The position numbers and the translations under genes are program-made. DNA of 64,000 bases from Bacteroidia bacterium (GTDB lineage Bacteria; Bacteroidota; Bacteroidia; AKYH767-A; OLB10). How positions within the stretch are numbered: the stretch's first letter is position 1; each line of letters starts with the position of its first letter. The stretch is taken from positions 56 through 64,055 of the forward strand of contig JALRAP010000005.1 in NCBI GenBank assembly GCA_023262505.1, given 5' to 3'. Below, piece by piece: positions 16,402 to 26,574 of the stretch. The notes below the pieces were generated by a model. That model was not told the origin of the DNA. It ran no database searches and saw nothing but the letters and a program-made list of their open reading frames with translations.

Positions 16402-18216
16402 TCACCCCTTCAGCGACTCCTCAATCCTTTGTTTTTCAAACATTTCAAAATAAAACCCACGCTTATTCATCAATTCCGAATGGGTTCCATGCTCAATAAT
16501 CCGTCCCTGGTCGAGTACCAAGATATCGTCGGCCGACATTACTGTGGAAATTCTGTGGCTGATCAAAATAGAGGTCTTATCCTTCAAATTGCGCTCCAAC
16601 GAATCCAAAATCCTCTCCTCAGTGAGGGTGTCCACTGCAGACAAACAATCATCTAGAACGAGCAACCTTGGGTTTCGAATAAGCGCCCTGGCTAAAGAAA
16701 TACGCTGCTTTTGTCCGCCCGACAAAGTAATCCCCCGCTCCCCTACCATCGTCTCATAGCCGTTTGGAAAAGATTTTATATCGGATGAGACACAGGCTGC
16801 ATCCGCAGCAGCCTCCACCATGGTCCGGACTTTTGCGCCATTTCCTTCAATATTAAGTCCGAATGCAATATTATCTGCCACCGACTCGCTAAACAAAAAG
16901 ACCTCTTGGGGGACAAATCCGGTTTGACTCCTGTAGGACCCCAAAGACACATTGCGCAAGTCGTTGCCATCTATTAAAACCGAACCTTTAGAAGGATCAC
17001 AAAAACGCATCATCAAAAGCGCCAAAGTTGACTTGCCCGAACCCGTCCCTCCTGTGATTGCCAAAGATCTACCAGAACTTACTCGAAATGAAACATCCTT
17101 AAGCACCTCAATGTCAGTATTAGGATAACTGAAAGACACATTTTTAAACTCAATTTCCCCTTTGAAATCGATTTCATTTCCGGAATCAGGATCGACTGCA
17201 GGTTTGGTATCCAAGAACTCGTTTATCCTTTGCTGCGAAGCAGAAGCCCGCTGAACCAACGAGACTACCCATCCCAACGCGGCAACAGGCCACGTAAGCA
17301 TGTTCACATAAATGACGAACTCGGCGATATTACCTAGAGTTATACGGCCTTCCATAACCATGTAGCCGCCTACAGCAATGGTGATAATGGTGCTTAATCC
17401 TATTAATAAAACCAAAGAAGGATGAAACAAGGCGTTGGTTCGAACCAATTCCATGGATGCATCCTTGTAAATGTTCGCTTGCTTTGAAAAATCACGTTCG
17501 ATCTGTTTTTCTGCAGCATAGGATTTGAGCACTCGAATCCCCGAAAAGGATTCCTGAACAAAGGTCGACATGTCGGAAAGCCCTGCCTGTACCCGCTCGC
17601 TTTTTCGGTTTATGATGCGCTCCACCCGGTAAATAACAAAGGACAGTATAGGAAGCGGCAATAAGGTCATTAAAGTAAGAGTAGGATTAACTTGTATCAT
17701 GGCCGCAATCACAAGCAACATGGTTACGCCCAAGTTCACCGTGTACATGACTGCAGGCCCGATGTAGGAGCGTACGCGCCCCACGTCTTCACTGATGCGA
17801 TTCATTAAATCGCCCGTACTGTTTTTGGAGTAAAATGCATAATCTAGTTTCTGATAATGCTCATAGATCTCGTTCTTCATATCGTACTCCACATACCTCG
17901 AAGCAACAATGATCGTTTGACGCATCAAGAACATGAAAAAGCCTTTTAGCAAGGCCATTATTAGAACCAACAGAGCAAAAACCAACAGGTTGAAAGAAAT
18001 GGAATCGGCCACTAACTCATGTAAGCTGTAACCCTTGGTTAATCGATGCCAATCGATTTGCATACTGGCCGCGTCCATCGCGTAGCGAATAAGCTTGGCT
18101 GGAATAATGCCGAACATGTTGGAAATAGCCACAAAAAAGACCCCACCCAAAAACCTCCACTTGTACTTGACGAAGTATTTGTTGAGTCTGTATAGGGGTT
18201 GAACGGATGGTTGCAC
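16402..18216 (-). CDS. ABC exporter, fused permease/ATPase
   Basis: Transmembrane domain; Walker A GGTGSGKS; signature LSGGQKQR; Walker B LVLDD. Confidence 0.92.
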   Translation of the reverse strand: MQPSVQPLYRLNKYFVKYKWRFLGGVFFVAISNMFGIIPAKLIRYAMDAASMQIDWHRLTKGYSLHELVADSISFNLLVFALLVLIMALLKGFFMFLMRQTIIVASRYVEYDMKNEIYEHYQKLDYAFYSKNSTGDLMNRISEDVGRVRSYIGPAVMYTVNLGVTMLLVIAAMIQVNPTLTLMTLLPLPILSFVIYRVERIINRKSERVQAGLSDMSTFVQESFSGIRVLKSYAAEKQIERDFSKQANIYKDASMELVRTNALFHPSLVLLIGLSTIITIAVGGYMVMEGRITLGNIAEFVIYVNMLTWPVAALGWVVSLVQRASASQQRINEFLDTKPAVDPDSGNEIDFKGEIEFKNVSFSYPNTDIEVLKDVSFRVSSGRSLAITGGTGSGKSTLALLMMRFCDPSKGSVLIDGNDLRNVSLGSYRSQTGFVPQEVFLFSESVADNIAFGLNIEGNGAKVRTMVEAAADAACVSSDIKSFPNGYETMVGERGITLSGGQKQRISLARALIRNPRLLVLDDCLSAVDTLTEERILDSLERNLKDKTSILISHRISTVMSADDILVLDQGRIIEHGTHSELMNKRGFYFEMFEKQRIEESLKG

Positions 18217-18261
18217 AGAATTTCCTTAAAGGCTGCCAAATTAGTTAGATTTGCCCTAGGC

Positions 18262-19041
18262 ATGATGAGAACTAATCGATATTATATTTTTAATGGAGTG
18301 TCACGCATTCAGAAAACACTGCATTTTATTATATTGCTTCCTTTTTTAGGATGCCATGTCAGCTCAGAGGCTGAAAAGCAGCGCGGCAGAGTCGAAAACA
18401 GAAACATTGACTTATCGAGGAATGAATTGAAAAGTGTACCAATTGAATTGGCGCAAAACCGACAACTCGAAAAACTGATTTTATTCCAAAACCAAATCGA
18501 CACCTTACCGTCCTTTATTGGAGGAATGGACTCGTTAAAAAAGTTATCGCTCAAATCAAACGAATTGGTTCACGTGGATTCCAATGCCATGGACCTGCCA
18601 TCCCTCAAAGAGCTAGATCTACGATTCAACCAATTGGAGCATTTACCAGATGCCTTTACAGGGATGCTGGAGCTCGAGGTGCTCGATTTGCGAAATAACA
18701 ATTTGAAGTCGCTCCCACCCTCGATCGGTGCATTGAAAAACCTGGAGCAGCTCTATTTATCCGACAACGACCTTAGATCGCTGCCATCAACCATCCAGGG
18801 AATGAAAAAACTCAAGTTTCTGGTAATTGGAAGGAATTCCATCGAAGACCCGTTACCTGATTGGATTGGTGGGCTAGAAAGCCTAGTTGAGCTGGATGTC
18901 TCTGGCTGCTGCAATGACAACAGACTTCCCGAGAGCTTGAGTGATCTACGTAATTTGGAACTTTTGACGGTATCGCCTTACCAGGTGCTGCCTAATGACC
19001 TTGGCAAAGGCAATTCAAAGCTTAGGATACAAATCAAATAA
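18262..19041 (+). CDS. Leucine-rich repeat protein, probable lipoprotein
   Basis: About 8 LxxLxLxxNxL repeats; FLGC lipobox; TAGATTTG box at 18246-18253. Start at 18262 or GTG 18298. Confidence 0.8.
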   Translation: MMRTNRYYIFNGVSRIQKTLHFIILLPFLGCHVSSEAEKQRGRVENRNIDLSRNELKSVPIELAQNRQLEKLILFQNQIDTLPSFIGGMDSLKKLSLKSNELVHVDSNAMDLPSLKELDLRFNQLEHLPDAFTGMLELEVLDLRNNNLKSLPPSIGALKNLEQLYLSDNDLRSLPSTIQGMKKLKFLVIGRNSIEDPLPDWIGGLESLVELDVSGCCNDNRLPESLSDLRNLELLTVSPYQVLPNDLGKGNSKLRIQIK

Positions 19042-19049
19042 CCGAAGAT

Positions 19050-19433
19050 TCATTTTTCCAAACCTCGGTATTTGACAAAAAAGTTGATCCAACTTAGGCG
19101 ACTTAGCCTAAATGTCAATGGGGTTAGAGCTAAACCTAAAACTATTGAAACGGCTATCATCCACCACACATTGAATTCACTCCCTGCCAAAACCAAAAAA
19201 GCCACCCAAACGGAAACCATGATGGCTACATTGATAGCATAGCTGACGTACATGGCACCAAAATAATAACCTGGCTCCTGTTCGTAGGATAGTCCGCATT
19301 TTTCACAATTCTCATACATTTTTGAGAACCCCCTGAAATTGAAGGAACCTTTATTCACAAAAAAATCCCCTTCGTGGCAGCGTGGACACTTGTTGTTGAA
19401 TACGCTGTAAACTTTGTTGCCCTTGTTAACCAT
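19050..19433 (-). CDS. DUF983 domain membrane protein
   Basis: KCPRCHEG...CEKCG...EPGYYFGAMYVSYA plus two transmembrane helices. Confidence 0.85.
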   Translation of the reverse strand: MVNKGNKVYSVFNNKCPRCHEGDFFVNKGSFNFRGFSKMYENCEKCGLSYEQEPGYYFGAMYVSYAINVAIMVSVWVAFLVLAGSEFNVWWMIAVSIVLGLALTPLTFRLSRLSWINFFVKYRGLEK

Positions 19434-19573
19434 AACGCCGCAAATGTAATAGCAATTTGCTGATTGGAATGTGACAAGTGTCTCATTAAGCATAAAACCC
19501 CTCTACACGCTAAACACTGATAAACAATACATTAAAAAAATCAGAGTTTGATTTTACATTAAAATACTAAAGC

Positions 19574-19609
19574 TACTTTTGGCGGTTCTATTAACATTGG
19601 TTTAACATT
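19574..19609 (+). promoter_or_regulatory. -7 element plus tandem TTAACATT repeats (Pho-box-like)
   Basis: TACTTTTG at 19574-19581; TTAACATT at 19591 and 19602 (11-bp period), upstream of the phosphate operon. Confidence 0.5.
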
Positions 19610-19623
19610 TCAACTACTAAGGC

Positions 19624-20268
19624 ATGTCTATCCCCTTCCTCAAGTATTTCGTACCCCAAGACCGACTCTTTTTCCCGTTGTTCGATAAAGCTGCAACCAA
19701 CCTTTTGGAGGGGGGCAATGCCATTTCTGAATTGGTAAAATCAACAACTGAGGAGGAGCGACAAAAATGGTTTCGTGAGATAGAACGAATTGAGCACATT
19801 GGAGATGAAATCACACACGAGATTTTCATCGAGTTAGGTAAGAACTTCATAACCCCTTTCGACAGAGAGGATATACATAGGCTTGTTAGCTCCATAGATG
19901 ATGTATTGGATTACATCCATGGGTCATCTAAAAGGATTGAGCTTTATAAGGTTCATGATATGAACCATGACATAATAAAACTCGCTGAGTTGATACATAC
20001 CTCAACAAGGGAATTAAGAAGCGCCGTTCTAGAGATGAAGAACATGAAAAAAATGCGCGACATCACCGATGCCTTGGTCCGCATCAACAGCATAGAAAAC
20101 CATGCTGATGACATTTTCGACCACGCTGTTGCCCAATTATTCGACCATGAAAAGGATGCGGTCCACATTATTAAAATGAAGGAAATCCTTTCAGCTTTGG
20201 AGACGGCCACCGACAAGTGCGAAGACGCGGCCAATGTGATTGAATCCATCATTGTAAAAATGGCATAA
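19624..20268 (+). CDS. DUF47 / PhoU-like phosphate transport regulator
   Basis: IEHIGD, FITPFDREDI, IENHAD and LETATDKCED motifs; adjacent to PiT. Confidence 0.9.
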   Translation: MSIPFLKYFVPQDRLFFPLFDKAATNLLEGGNAISELVKSTTEEERQKWFREIERIEHIGDEITHEIFIELGKNFITPFDREDIHRLVSSIDDVLDYIHGSSKRIELYKVHDMNHDIIKLAELIHTSTRELRSAVLEMKNMKKMRDITDALVRINSIENHADDIFDHAVAQLFDHEKDAVHIIKMKEILSALETATDKCEDAANVIESIIVKMA

Positions 20269-20276
20269 CAGCTGGC

Positions 20277-21860
20277 ATGTTCACCACACTAATCATCGTT
20301 ATTTTCCTGGCGCTGCTGTTTGACTTCATCAACGGCTTTCACGACGCCGCAAATTCCATCGCCACGATAGTATCTACTAAGGTGCTCTCACCCGCAGCGG
20401 CTGTTGTGTGGGCTGCATTTTTCAACTTCGTTGCATTCTTCATTTTCAAGGACCACAGTGTCGCGAACACCATTTCCAAAACCGTGCAAGAGGACTTCAC
20501 AACGCCTGATATGAACCCGTTGCCGATGATATTGGCTGGACTTTTAGCTGCAATATCATGGAACTTAATCACTTGGTGGTACGGCATTCCATCTTCATCA
20601 TCGCATACTTTGATTGGCGGATTTGGAGGAGCTTTTTTAGCCGCCTATGGATTCGAAGCTATCCATTCGGGAGTCGTTTGGGCTACTGTGATTTTCATCG
20701 TTGTTGCCCCAGTAGCAGGTATGATCATGTCATATATCATTTCACTATGGTTCCTGAACGCCTTCCGAAAAGCCAAATGGATGAAAGTGGTGTCGCTGCT
20801 GATAATCATTGGTGTATGCTGGGCCGTAGGAAACGCTTTGGAATTCAAAAAGGATTTTAACGGCGGAAGTTCCTACACGCTAAAACTTTCCGAAAAAACG
20901 AGCAAGGATGATATCAAAAAAGCTTTGACTTTCAAGAACGCGGAATCAAAGGAGTTTGCCCCAGTAGTTACGGTTGGAAAAGACAGCCTGGGTAACCCAG
21001 ATAAATCCGGAACCCTATTTATTGTTCGCACGGATTTTTTGAAAAAATCTGGTGAGACCGAAGAGAACAAAGAACTGACTTCAAAAATATCTTCCTCCTT
21101 GGCGAAAGTTGACTCCGGTGCCATCATAGCGGAAACACACCGTATCAGCGACCGTTCAGACCCCAGCGAACGATATGACAGCTCAAACCTCAAAAACAAT
21201 TTTGAAAACTATTGGCTAAAAGTGATTTTCCACGGCGCCAATTTCAAGTGGTTGTTGTTAGGATTGATTGTGGTGGTAATTGGAATTGCGACCCTATTAA
21301 TCAGTAGTCTCAATAACTCCCAATCGAACCTTGTATTCAAACGTCTGCAACTATTATCGTCTGCAGCTTTCTCGATCGGACATGGTGGTAATGACGCTCA
21401 GAAAGTGATGGGAATTATCGGAGTGGCCTTGATTGCAAATGGAGACATTTCCAGCATGAAAGAGCTACCAACATGGGTACCATTGGCATGTTATTCTGCC
21501 ATTGCATTGGGCACCATGAGTGGTGGATGGAAGATTGTAAAGACCATGGGTAGTAAAATCACCAAGGTAACTCCATTTGAAGGCGTGGCTGCCGAAACTG
21601 CTGGAGCAGTAACACTATTCTTTACCGAAGGTCTTAAATTCCCATGGCAAATTGGTGGTGAAACCATCAAAGGCATTCCTGTTTCGACTACACATACCAT
21701 AACAGGCTCCATTATTGGGGTAGGACTGACAAAGCGTATATCGGCCGTGAGATGGGGGGTTACTTTCCAACTGGTTTGGGCGTGGGTGCTGACTATTCCT
21801 GTATCGGCATTCCTAGCATGGATTTTCCTGCTTTTTGTGAGGTTGATCATGGGTCTTTGA
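20277..21860 (+). CDS. Inorganic phosphate transporter (PiT) with an internal soluble insertion
   Basis: NGFHDAAN, PSSSSH, GHGGNDAQK and PVSTTH signatures; extra ~130-aa hydrophilic segment. Confidence 0.9.
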   Translation: MFTTLIIVIFLALLFDFINGFHDAANSIATIVSTKVLSPAAAVVWAAFFNFVAFFIFKDHSVANTISKTVQEDFTTPDMNPLPMILAGLLAAISWNLITWWYGIPSSSSHTLIGGFGGAFLAAYGFEAIHSGVVWATVIFIVVAPVAGMIMSYIISLWFLNAFRKAKWMKVVSLLIIIGVCWAVGNALEFKKDFNGGSSYTLKLSEKTSKDDIKKALTFKNAESKEFAPVVTVGKDSLGNPDKSGTLFIVRTDFLKKSGETEENKELTSKISSSLAKVDSGAIIAETHRISDRSDPSERYDSSNLKNNFENYWLKVIFHGANFKWLLLGLIVVVIGIATLLISSLNNSQSNLVFKRLQLLSSAAFSIGHGGNDAQKVMGIIGVALIANGDISSMKELPTWVPLACYSAIALGTMSGGWKIVKTMGSKITKVTPFEGVAAETAGAVTLFFTEGLKFPWQIGGETIKGIPVSTTHTITGSIIGVGLTKRISAVRWGVTFQLVWAWVLTIPVSAFLAWIFLLFVRLIMGL

Positions 21861-22009
21861 TAACGGCTGAATCCACCTTACCTGTTCAACTCAATACTTG
21901 CTAAATCGGGTTGATTTACCCTTAACTTAAAATGTTGTAAATTTGCATTTGAGGACGTCCAGTAGGTCGTTTAAATTTCTGATTATCAACCAATTCATTA
22001 CTCACTAAG

Positions 22010-23116
22010 ATGATCGAGGTAAAGGAATATAAGGAGGCAACGACCAAGCAGGATTCAGTGTTCGGACCCATGTTAAATGCAGGTCACGAGCAGGTGGTTT
22101 TTTGCCATGACCACGAGACTGGATTAAAAGCCATAATTGCTATTCACAATACAGTTTTGGGCCCAGCCTTGGGTGGTACCCGATTTTGGAAATACAACAC
22201 CGAAGCCGAAGCGCTTCAAGATGTTTTGCGCTTGTCGCGAGGCATGACTTTCAAGGCCTCCATCAGCGGATTGAACCTAGGAGGTGGCAAAGCCGTAATT
22301 ATCGGAGATTCAAAAAAAGATAAATCTGAGCCGCTGTTCCGTCGCTTCGGAAAGTTCGTGAACAGCCTCAGCGGAAAATATATCACTGCCGAAGATGTGG
22401 GCACTTCCACAAAGGATATGGAGTATGTTCACATGGAGACGCGTCATGTTACCGGCCTACCTGAATCCATGGGCGGTGGCGGCGATCCTTCGCCTGTTAC
22501 AGCTTATGGTGTTTACATGGGAATGAAAGCCTCCGCCAAACACCTTTGGGGGAATGATAGCCTCAACGGAAAAAAGGTTGTGGTGCAAGGTGTCGGACAT
22601 GTGGGCGAGAACTTGGTTAAGTTACTTACCAAAGAAGGAGCTAAGGTTTCCATCATCGATATCAATGATGACCAGTTGAAGAAAGTATCTTCCGACACAG
22701 GTGCACAGGTGCTTTCCTCCACTGATTTCTACGATATGGACATGGACATCTATGCTCCATGTGCCCTAGGTGCCACATTGAATTCCGACACCATCAATCG
22801 TTTGAAATGCGCTATCGTTGCCGGAGCAGCCAACAACCAATTGGCTGAAGAAGCGGTGCATGGAAAAATGCTATCCGAAAAAGGAATCATATACGCTCCC
22901 GATTTCCTTATCAACGCCGGAGGATTGATCAATGTTTACTCTGAGCTTACAGGTTACAATCGCGAAAGAGCCTTGCAGCAAACTGAAAAGATATTCGACT
23001 ATACACTCGATATCCATGGCAAAGCCGCAACTGAAAACATCCCTACCTACCTGGCCGCAACCCGGATGGCTGAAAAGCGCATTGCCGATATCGGACGAGT
23101 GAAGTTAGGAATGTAA
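22010..23116 (+). CDS. Glu/Leu/Phe/Val dehydrogenase (leucine dehydrogenase-like)
   Basis: GPALGGTR, GGGKAVI, TAEDVG, QGVGHVG and GAANNQL motifs; TAAATTTG promoter at 21938-21945. Confidence 0.92.
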   Translation: MIEVKEYKEATTKQDSVFGPMLNAGHEQVVFCHDHETGLKAIIAIHNTVLGPALGGTRFWKYNTEAEALQDVLRLSRGMTFKASISGLNLGGGKAVIIGDSKKDKSEPLFRRFGKFVNSLSGKYITAEDVGTSTKDMEYVHMETRHVTGLPESMGGGGDPSPVTAYGVYMGMKASAKHLWGNDSLNGKKVVVQGVGHVGENLVKLLTKEGAKVSIIDINDDQLKKVSSDTGAQVLSSTDFYDMDMDIYAPCALGATLNSDTINRLKCAIVAGAANNQLAEEAVHGKMLSEKGIIYAPDFLINAGGLINVYSELTGYNRERALQQTEKIFDYTLDIHGKAATENIPTYLAATRMAEKRIADIGRVKLGM

Positions 23117-23153
23117 GAGTGAATTTTCTTTTTCAACCCATTCAATTTAAGTT

Positions 23154-24092
23154 ATGCTAAGCAGAAGGCATTTGAGGATTCGTGTCATGCAAGCCCTGTA
23201 TGCTTGGCACCAAACAGAAGAGCGTAGCCTCAAGACCTCGGTTGACAACCTTTTCAAAGGCACTTCCAGGAGTTACGACCTTTACCTATACTTGTTGCAG
23301 CTTTTAATCGAGGTGGCTGATGAGGAAGAGCGTTACATGGCCGATTTGCCTCCACGCATGACCGCTGCTGAATATGAACATTTATCATATCTTAAGGATA
23401 ACATGTTCATTGACTTCCTGAAGAAGGAATCGTTTCAAAAGCTGATCAGTTCGCGTAAAATTCCACCCACCAAGGATACAGACCTGATTCGCAAAGTGTA
23501 TCATCAACTCAGGCAAAAAGAAGAATACCGGAATTATGTTTCTAAAGGCTCTCATACGGAGCGTGAGGACATCGAATTTTGCACCTTCATTTTCAAAGAT
23601 GTGATCTCAAGTTCCGAACCCATGACCAACTCGATGGAGGAGCAAAACCTATGGTGGGCAGAAGCTTTGGAACTGGTCAACAGCATGGTTCTGAAAACCA
23701 TCAAAGTGGCACATCCCGATAAAAAAGGAGCTTATGAATTGATGGCCGAGTTCAGGGATGAAGAAGAAGACCGAGAGTTCATGGAAAAGCTTTTCACAGA
23801 GACCGTCCATCATGATAATGAATATGAGAAGCTGGTGTCTGAACGTACTAAAAACTGGGAGGTTGACCGTATAGCACTCATCGACGTCATTCTGCTGAAG
23901 ATGGCACTCTGTGAAATCTTGAACTTCCCTAGCATCCCTGTAAAGGTTACGATCAACGAGTATATTGATATCTCCAAAGACTATAGCACACCAAAGAGCA
24001 AAGCGTTTATCAATGGCGTAATTGATAAGCTAGTTATCGATCTGCGCGAATCGGGAGCTGTAACTAAGACAGGACGCGGACTTATCGAATAA
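23154..24092 (+). CDS. nusB: Transcription antitermination factor NusB
   Basis: MLSRRHLRIRVMQALY; IPVKVTINEYIDISK; FINGVID. Confidence 0.93.
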   Translation: MLSRRHLRIRVMQALYAWHQTEERSLKTSVDNLFKGTSRSYDLYLYLLQLLIEVADEEERYMADLPPRMTAAEYEHLSYLKDNMFIDFLKKESFQKLISSRKIPPTKDTDLIRKVYHQLRQKEEYRNYVSKGSHTEREDIEFCTFIFKDVISSSEPMTNSMEEQNLWWAEALELVNSMVLKTIKVAHPDKKGAYELMAEFRDEEEDREFMEKLFTETVHHDNEYEKLVSERTKNWEVDRIALIDVILLKMALCEILNFPSIPVKVTINEYIDISKDYSTPKSKAFINGVIDKLVIDLRESGAVTKTGRGLIE

Positions 24093-24144
24093 TGCTGTAA
24101 TTTTCTGTTTTGTAATTTGCAAACGACAATAACATCATTGAATC

Positions 24145-24615
24145 ATGAAAACAACCAAATTCATCCTGCTCACTGCACTAGCATCCACAATGATGTGGTC
24201 ATGCGGCTCGCCTAATGAAGGCAAAGAAGAAGTCATCTCTCCCGAAGTTGTCAATAACAATGCCTCTGCCGATAGTGCTGCCACTCCTACTGGAGGCCTG
24301 CCAGTATTTGAATTCGAGACCGACAACCACGAATTCGGAGTAATCACTGAAGGTGAGAAGGTTTCCTATACGTTTAAGTTCAAAAACACGGGTAACGCTC
24401 CGCTAGTGATCTCTAATGCATCAGCCTCATGCGGATGCACTGTTCCCGAATACACTAAAACACCCGTAGCCCCAGGTGAAGAAGGTGAAGTAAATGTCAC
24501 ATTTGACAGTTCTGGCAAATCAGGAATGACCACAAAATCGGTTACCCTGATTGCCAATACAGAGCCCAACACCAAGGTTTTGAAAATAAGTGCCGATATC
24601 CAAAGTAAAAAATAA
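24145..24615 (+). CDS. DUF1573 domain lipoprotein
   Basis: FKFKNTGNAPLVI..ASCGCT motif; lipobox MWSC. Confidence 0.88.
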   Translation: MKTTKFILLTALASTMMWSCGSPNEGKEEVISPEVVNNNASADSAATPTGGLPVFEFETDNHEFGVITEGEKVSYTFKFKNTGNAPLVISNASASCGCTVPEYTKTPVAPGEEGEVNVTFDSSGKSGMTTKSVTLIANTEPNTKVLKISADIQSKK

Positions 24616-24633
24616 CCATAATCAGATAATAAC

Positions 24634-24966
24634 ATGTCCCTACTCTTCATCCTATTGCAAGCTCAAGGTCAGCCAAGTGGATTGGCCAACCTCATGATGA
24701 TCTTACTCATCGTTGTGATTTTTTATTTCTTCATGATTCGTCCGCAAATGAAGAAAGCAAAGCTGGAGCGCCAATTCAAGGAAACGCTTCAGAAAGGTGA
24801 CAAGATTGTTACCATCGGTGGAATACACGGCCGTATTGCAGAAATTGCAGACACCACTTTCCTGGTTGAGATCGACTCCAACGTTAAGGTTAGACTGGAA
24901 AAAAGTGCTGTATCTGCCGAGGCTACAAAAGCTTACCGCGACCGCACCGAAGGTCCCAAGAAATAA
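24634..24966 (+). CDS. yajC: Preprotein translocase subunit YajC
   Basis: FYFFMIRPQ...GDKIVTIGGIHG. Confidence 0.95.
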   Translation: MSLLFILLQAQGQPSGLANLMMILLIVVIFYFFMIRPQMKKAKLERQFKETLQKGDKIVTIGGIHGRIAEIADTTFLVEIDSNVKVRLEKSAVSAEATKAYRDRTEGPKK

Positions 24967-25005
24967 TCCGTTTCTGCTCCACCAATCGTGGAAAACTGAG
25001 AATCG

Positions 25006-25977
25006 ATGGCTGAGAAAACGGCATCGGAACAATCAAACCAAAATCCTGTCGGCAGACTGAAGCCCAACAGGAAGATGGTGGTGTTTGTGATATGCCTGAT
25101 CATTTCATCAACTGCATGGCTTGCAACTACACTTACCGGCACATTTACCACCGACTACACGCTACCTCTCGCCTACCACAACACCCCGTTCAATGCTCGA
25201 TTAGTTGGTGAGCTTCCTCGCGAGGCTACATTCCATTACCAAGGTAGCGGATGGGATATGTTGTATCTGGCGTTTCGTAAGATGCCCGATTCGCTCATAA
25301 TTGATCTCGGCAAAAGCGATTCCAGTTCCATTGGAAAAATAAGTATCCGGTCGCTCTCCCTAATTAGTCAGTTGCCCGACGACCCAATGCCTTACAAAGT
25401 GGAACCCGAGTGGATTGCCCCGGGCATAATCAGCGAGACGTCTAAAAAGATCCCGGTAATTGCCAAGCTCGACATTCGTTTCAGGAACAGGTTCGATTCT
25501 ACAACTAGTGCGACAATTATCCCCGACAGTATCCAGATATCTGGACCACCGGCTCAATTGAAGCTGATAAACAATGTGGAAACAGTAATGCTTATCAAGC
25601 AAGATGTATTCCAATCCATTTCTGAAGATTTGGAAATCAAAAAAAGCCTACCCAAAGGGGTTTTGCAATCGCACACCAATGTACAAGTCAACATCCCGGT
25701 TGGGGAGTTCACAGAAGGGTCTTTCATGGTTCCAGTGCAGCTAAAGAATGCTGGAAGCAAAAAGCTTAAAGTTTTGCCCTCCAAGGTTCGAGTGGTTTTT
25801 CAGGCTGAACTTTCCGCCTTTGGTGATATAAAATCCGAGGACTTTGTTCTGGTTGCGGATGCTGACCAAGCAATATCAAACGGTAAACCGCTAACGCTTG
25901 TGGTTGCACAAAAAACACCCTTCGCCAAACGACTCCGAATCGAACCCGAGCAGGTGGAATATTTGATAGAACCATGA
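25006..25977 (+). CDS. YbbR/CdaR-like membrane-anchored protein
   Basis: N-terminal transmembrane helix; PDSIQISGP; conserved position between yajC and coaE. Confidence 0.7.
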   Translation: MAEKTASEQSNQNPVGRLKPNRKMVVFVICLIISSTAWLATTLTGTFTTDYTLPLAYHNTPFNARLVGELPREATFHYQGSGWDMLYLAFRKMPDSLIIDLGKSDSSSIGKISIRSLSLISQLPDDPMPYKVEPEWIAPGIISETSKKIPVIAKLDIRFRNRFDSTTSATIIPDSIQISGPPAQLKLINNVETVMLIKQDVFQSISEDLEIKKSLPKGVLQSHTNVQVNIPVGEFTEGSFMVPVQLKNAGSKKLKVLPSKVRVVFQAELSAFGDIKSEDFVLVADADQAISNGKPLTLVVAQKTPFAKRLRIEPEQVEYLIEP

Positions 25978-26564
25978 AGGCCCGTTTGGTAGGCATAACC
26001 GGTGGTATCGGAAGTGGCAAGTCAACCATTTCGAAATGCCTGCGAACGATGGGCTATTTTGTTTTCAATGCCGATGACCAGGCATCTTTTGCATTGGAGC
26101 ATGAATCGGAAGTAGTTGAACAAGTCAAGGCTCTTCTCGGAAATGAAGCCTATGATTCCAACGGCAAGGCCAATCGTGCATTCATCGCCTCCAAGGTTTT
26201 TTCGGACAATATGTTGCTGAAAAAACTGAATACTATTCTACATCCGGTTGTTAGAAGGATGTTTGATGATTGGGTTGCTAATCATAACAGCGAAAAGACA
26301 CTTTTCAAAGAAGCAGCCATCTTATTTGAAAGTGGAGCCAACCAGCAGGTTGATGAAGTGATTGCCGTAATAGCTCCCGAAAGTGTTCGACTTCAAAGGG
26401 TGCAGAAACGCGACAAGCGTTCGGAGAAGGAAATCCTGGATATCATGGCCAGACAAATGAACCAAGACGAGCTTGTGGCAAAGTGCCAATATGTAATCAA
26501 AAACGATGACCATACCCCGGTAATGCCTGCATTGTTGGAGTTATTAAATAAGCTGGAAGGATAA
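25974..26564 (+). CDS. coaE: Dephospho-CoA kinase
   Basis: GITGGIGSGKST, LHPVV and EAAILFE motifs. Confidence 0.95.
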   Translation: MKARLVGITGGIGSGKSTISKCLRTMGYFVFNADDQASFALEHESEVVEQVKALLGNEAYDSNGKANRAFIASKVFSDNMLLKKLNTILHPVVRRMFDDWVANHNSEKTLFKEAAILFESGANQQVDEVIAVIAPESVRLQRVQKRDKRSEKEILDIMARQMNQDELVAKCQYVIKNDDHTPVMPALLELLNKLEG

Positions 26565-26574
26565 TTTAAGCGTT

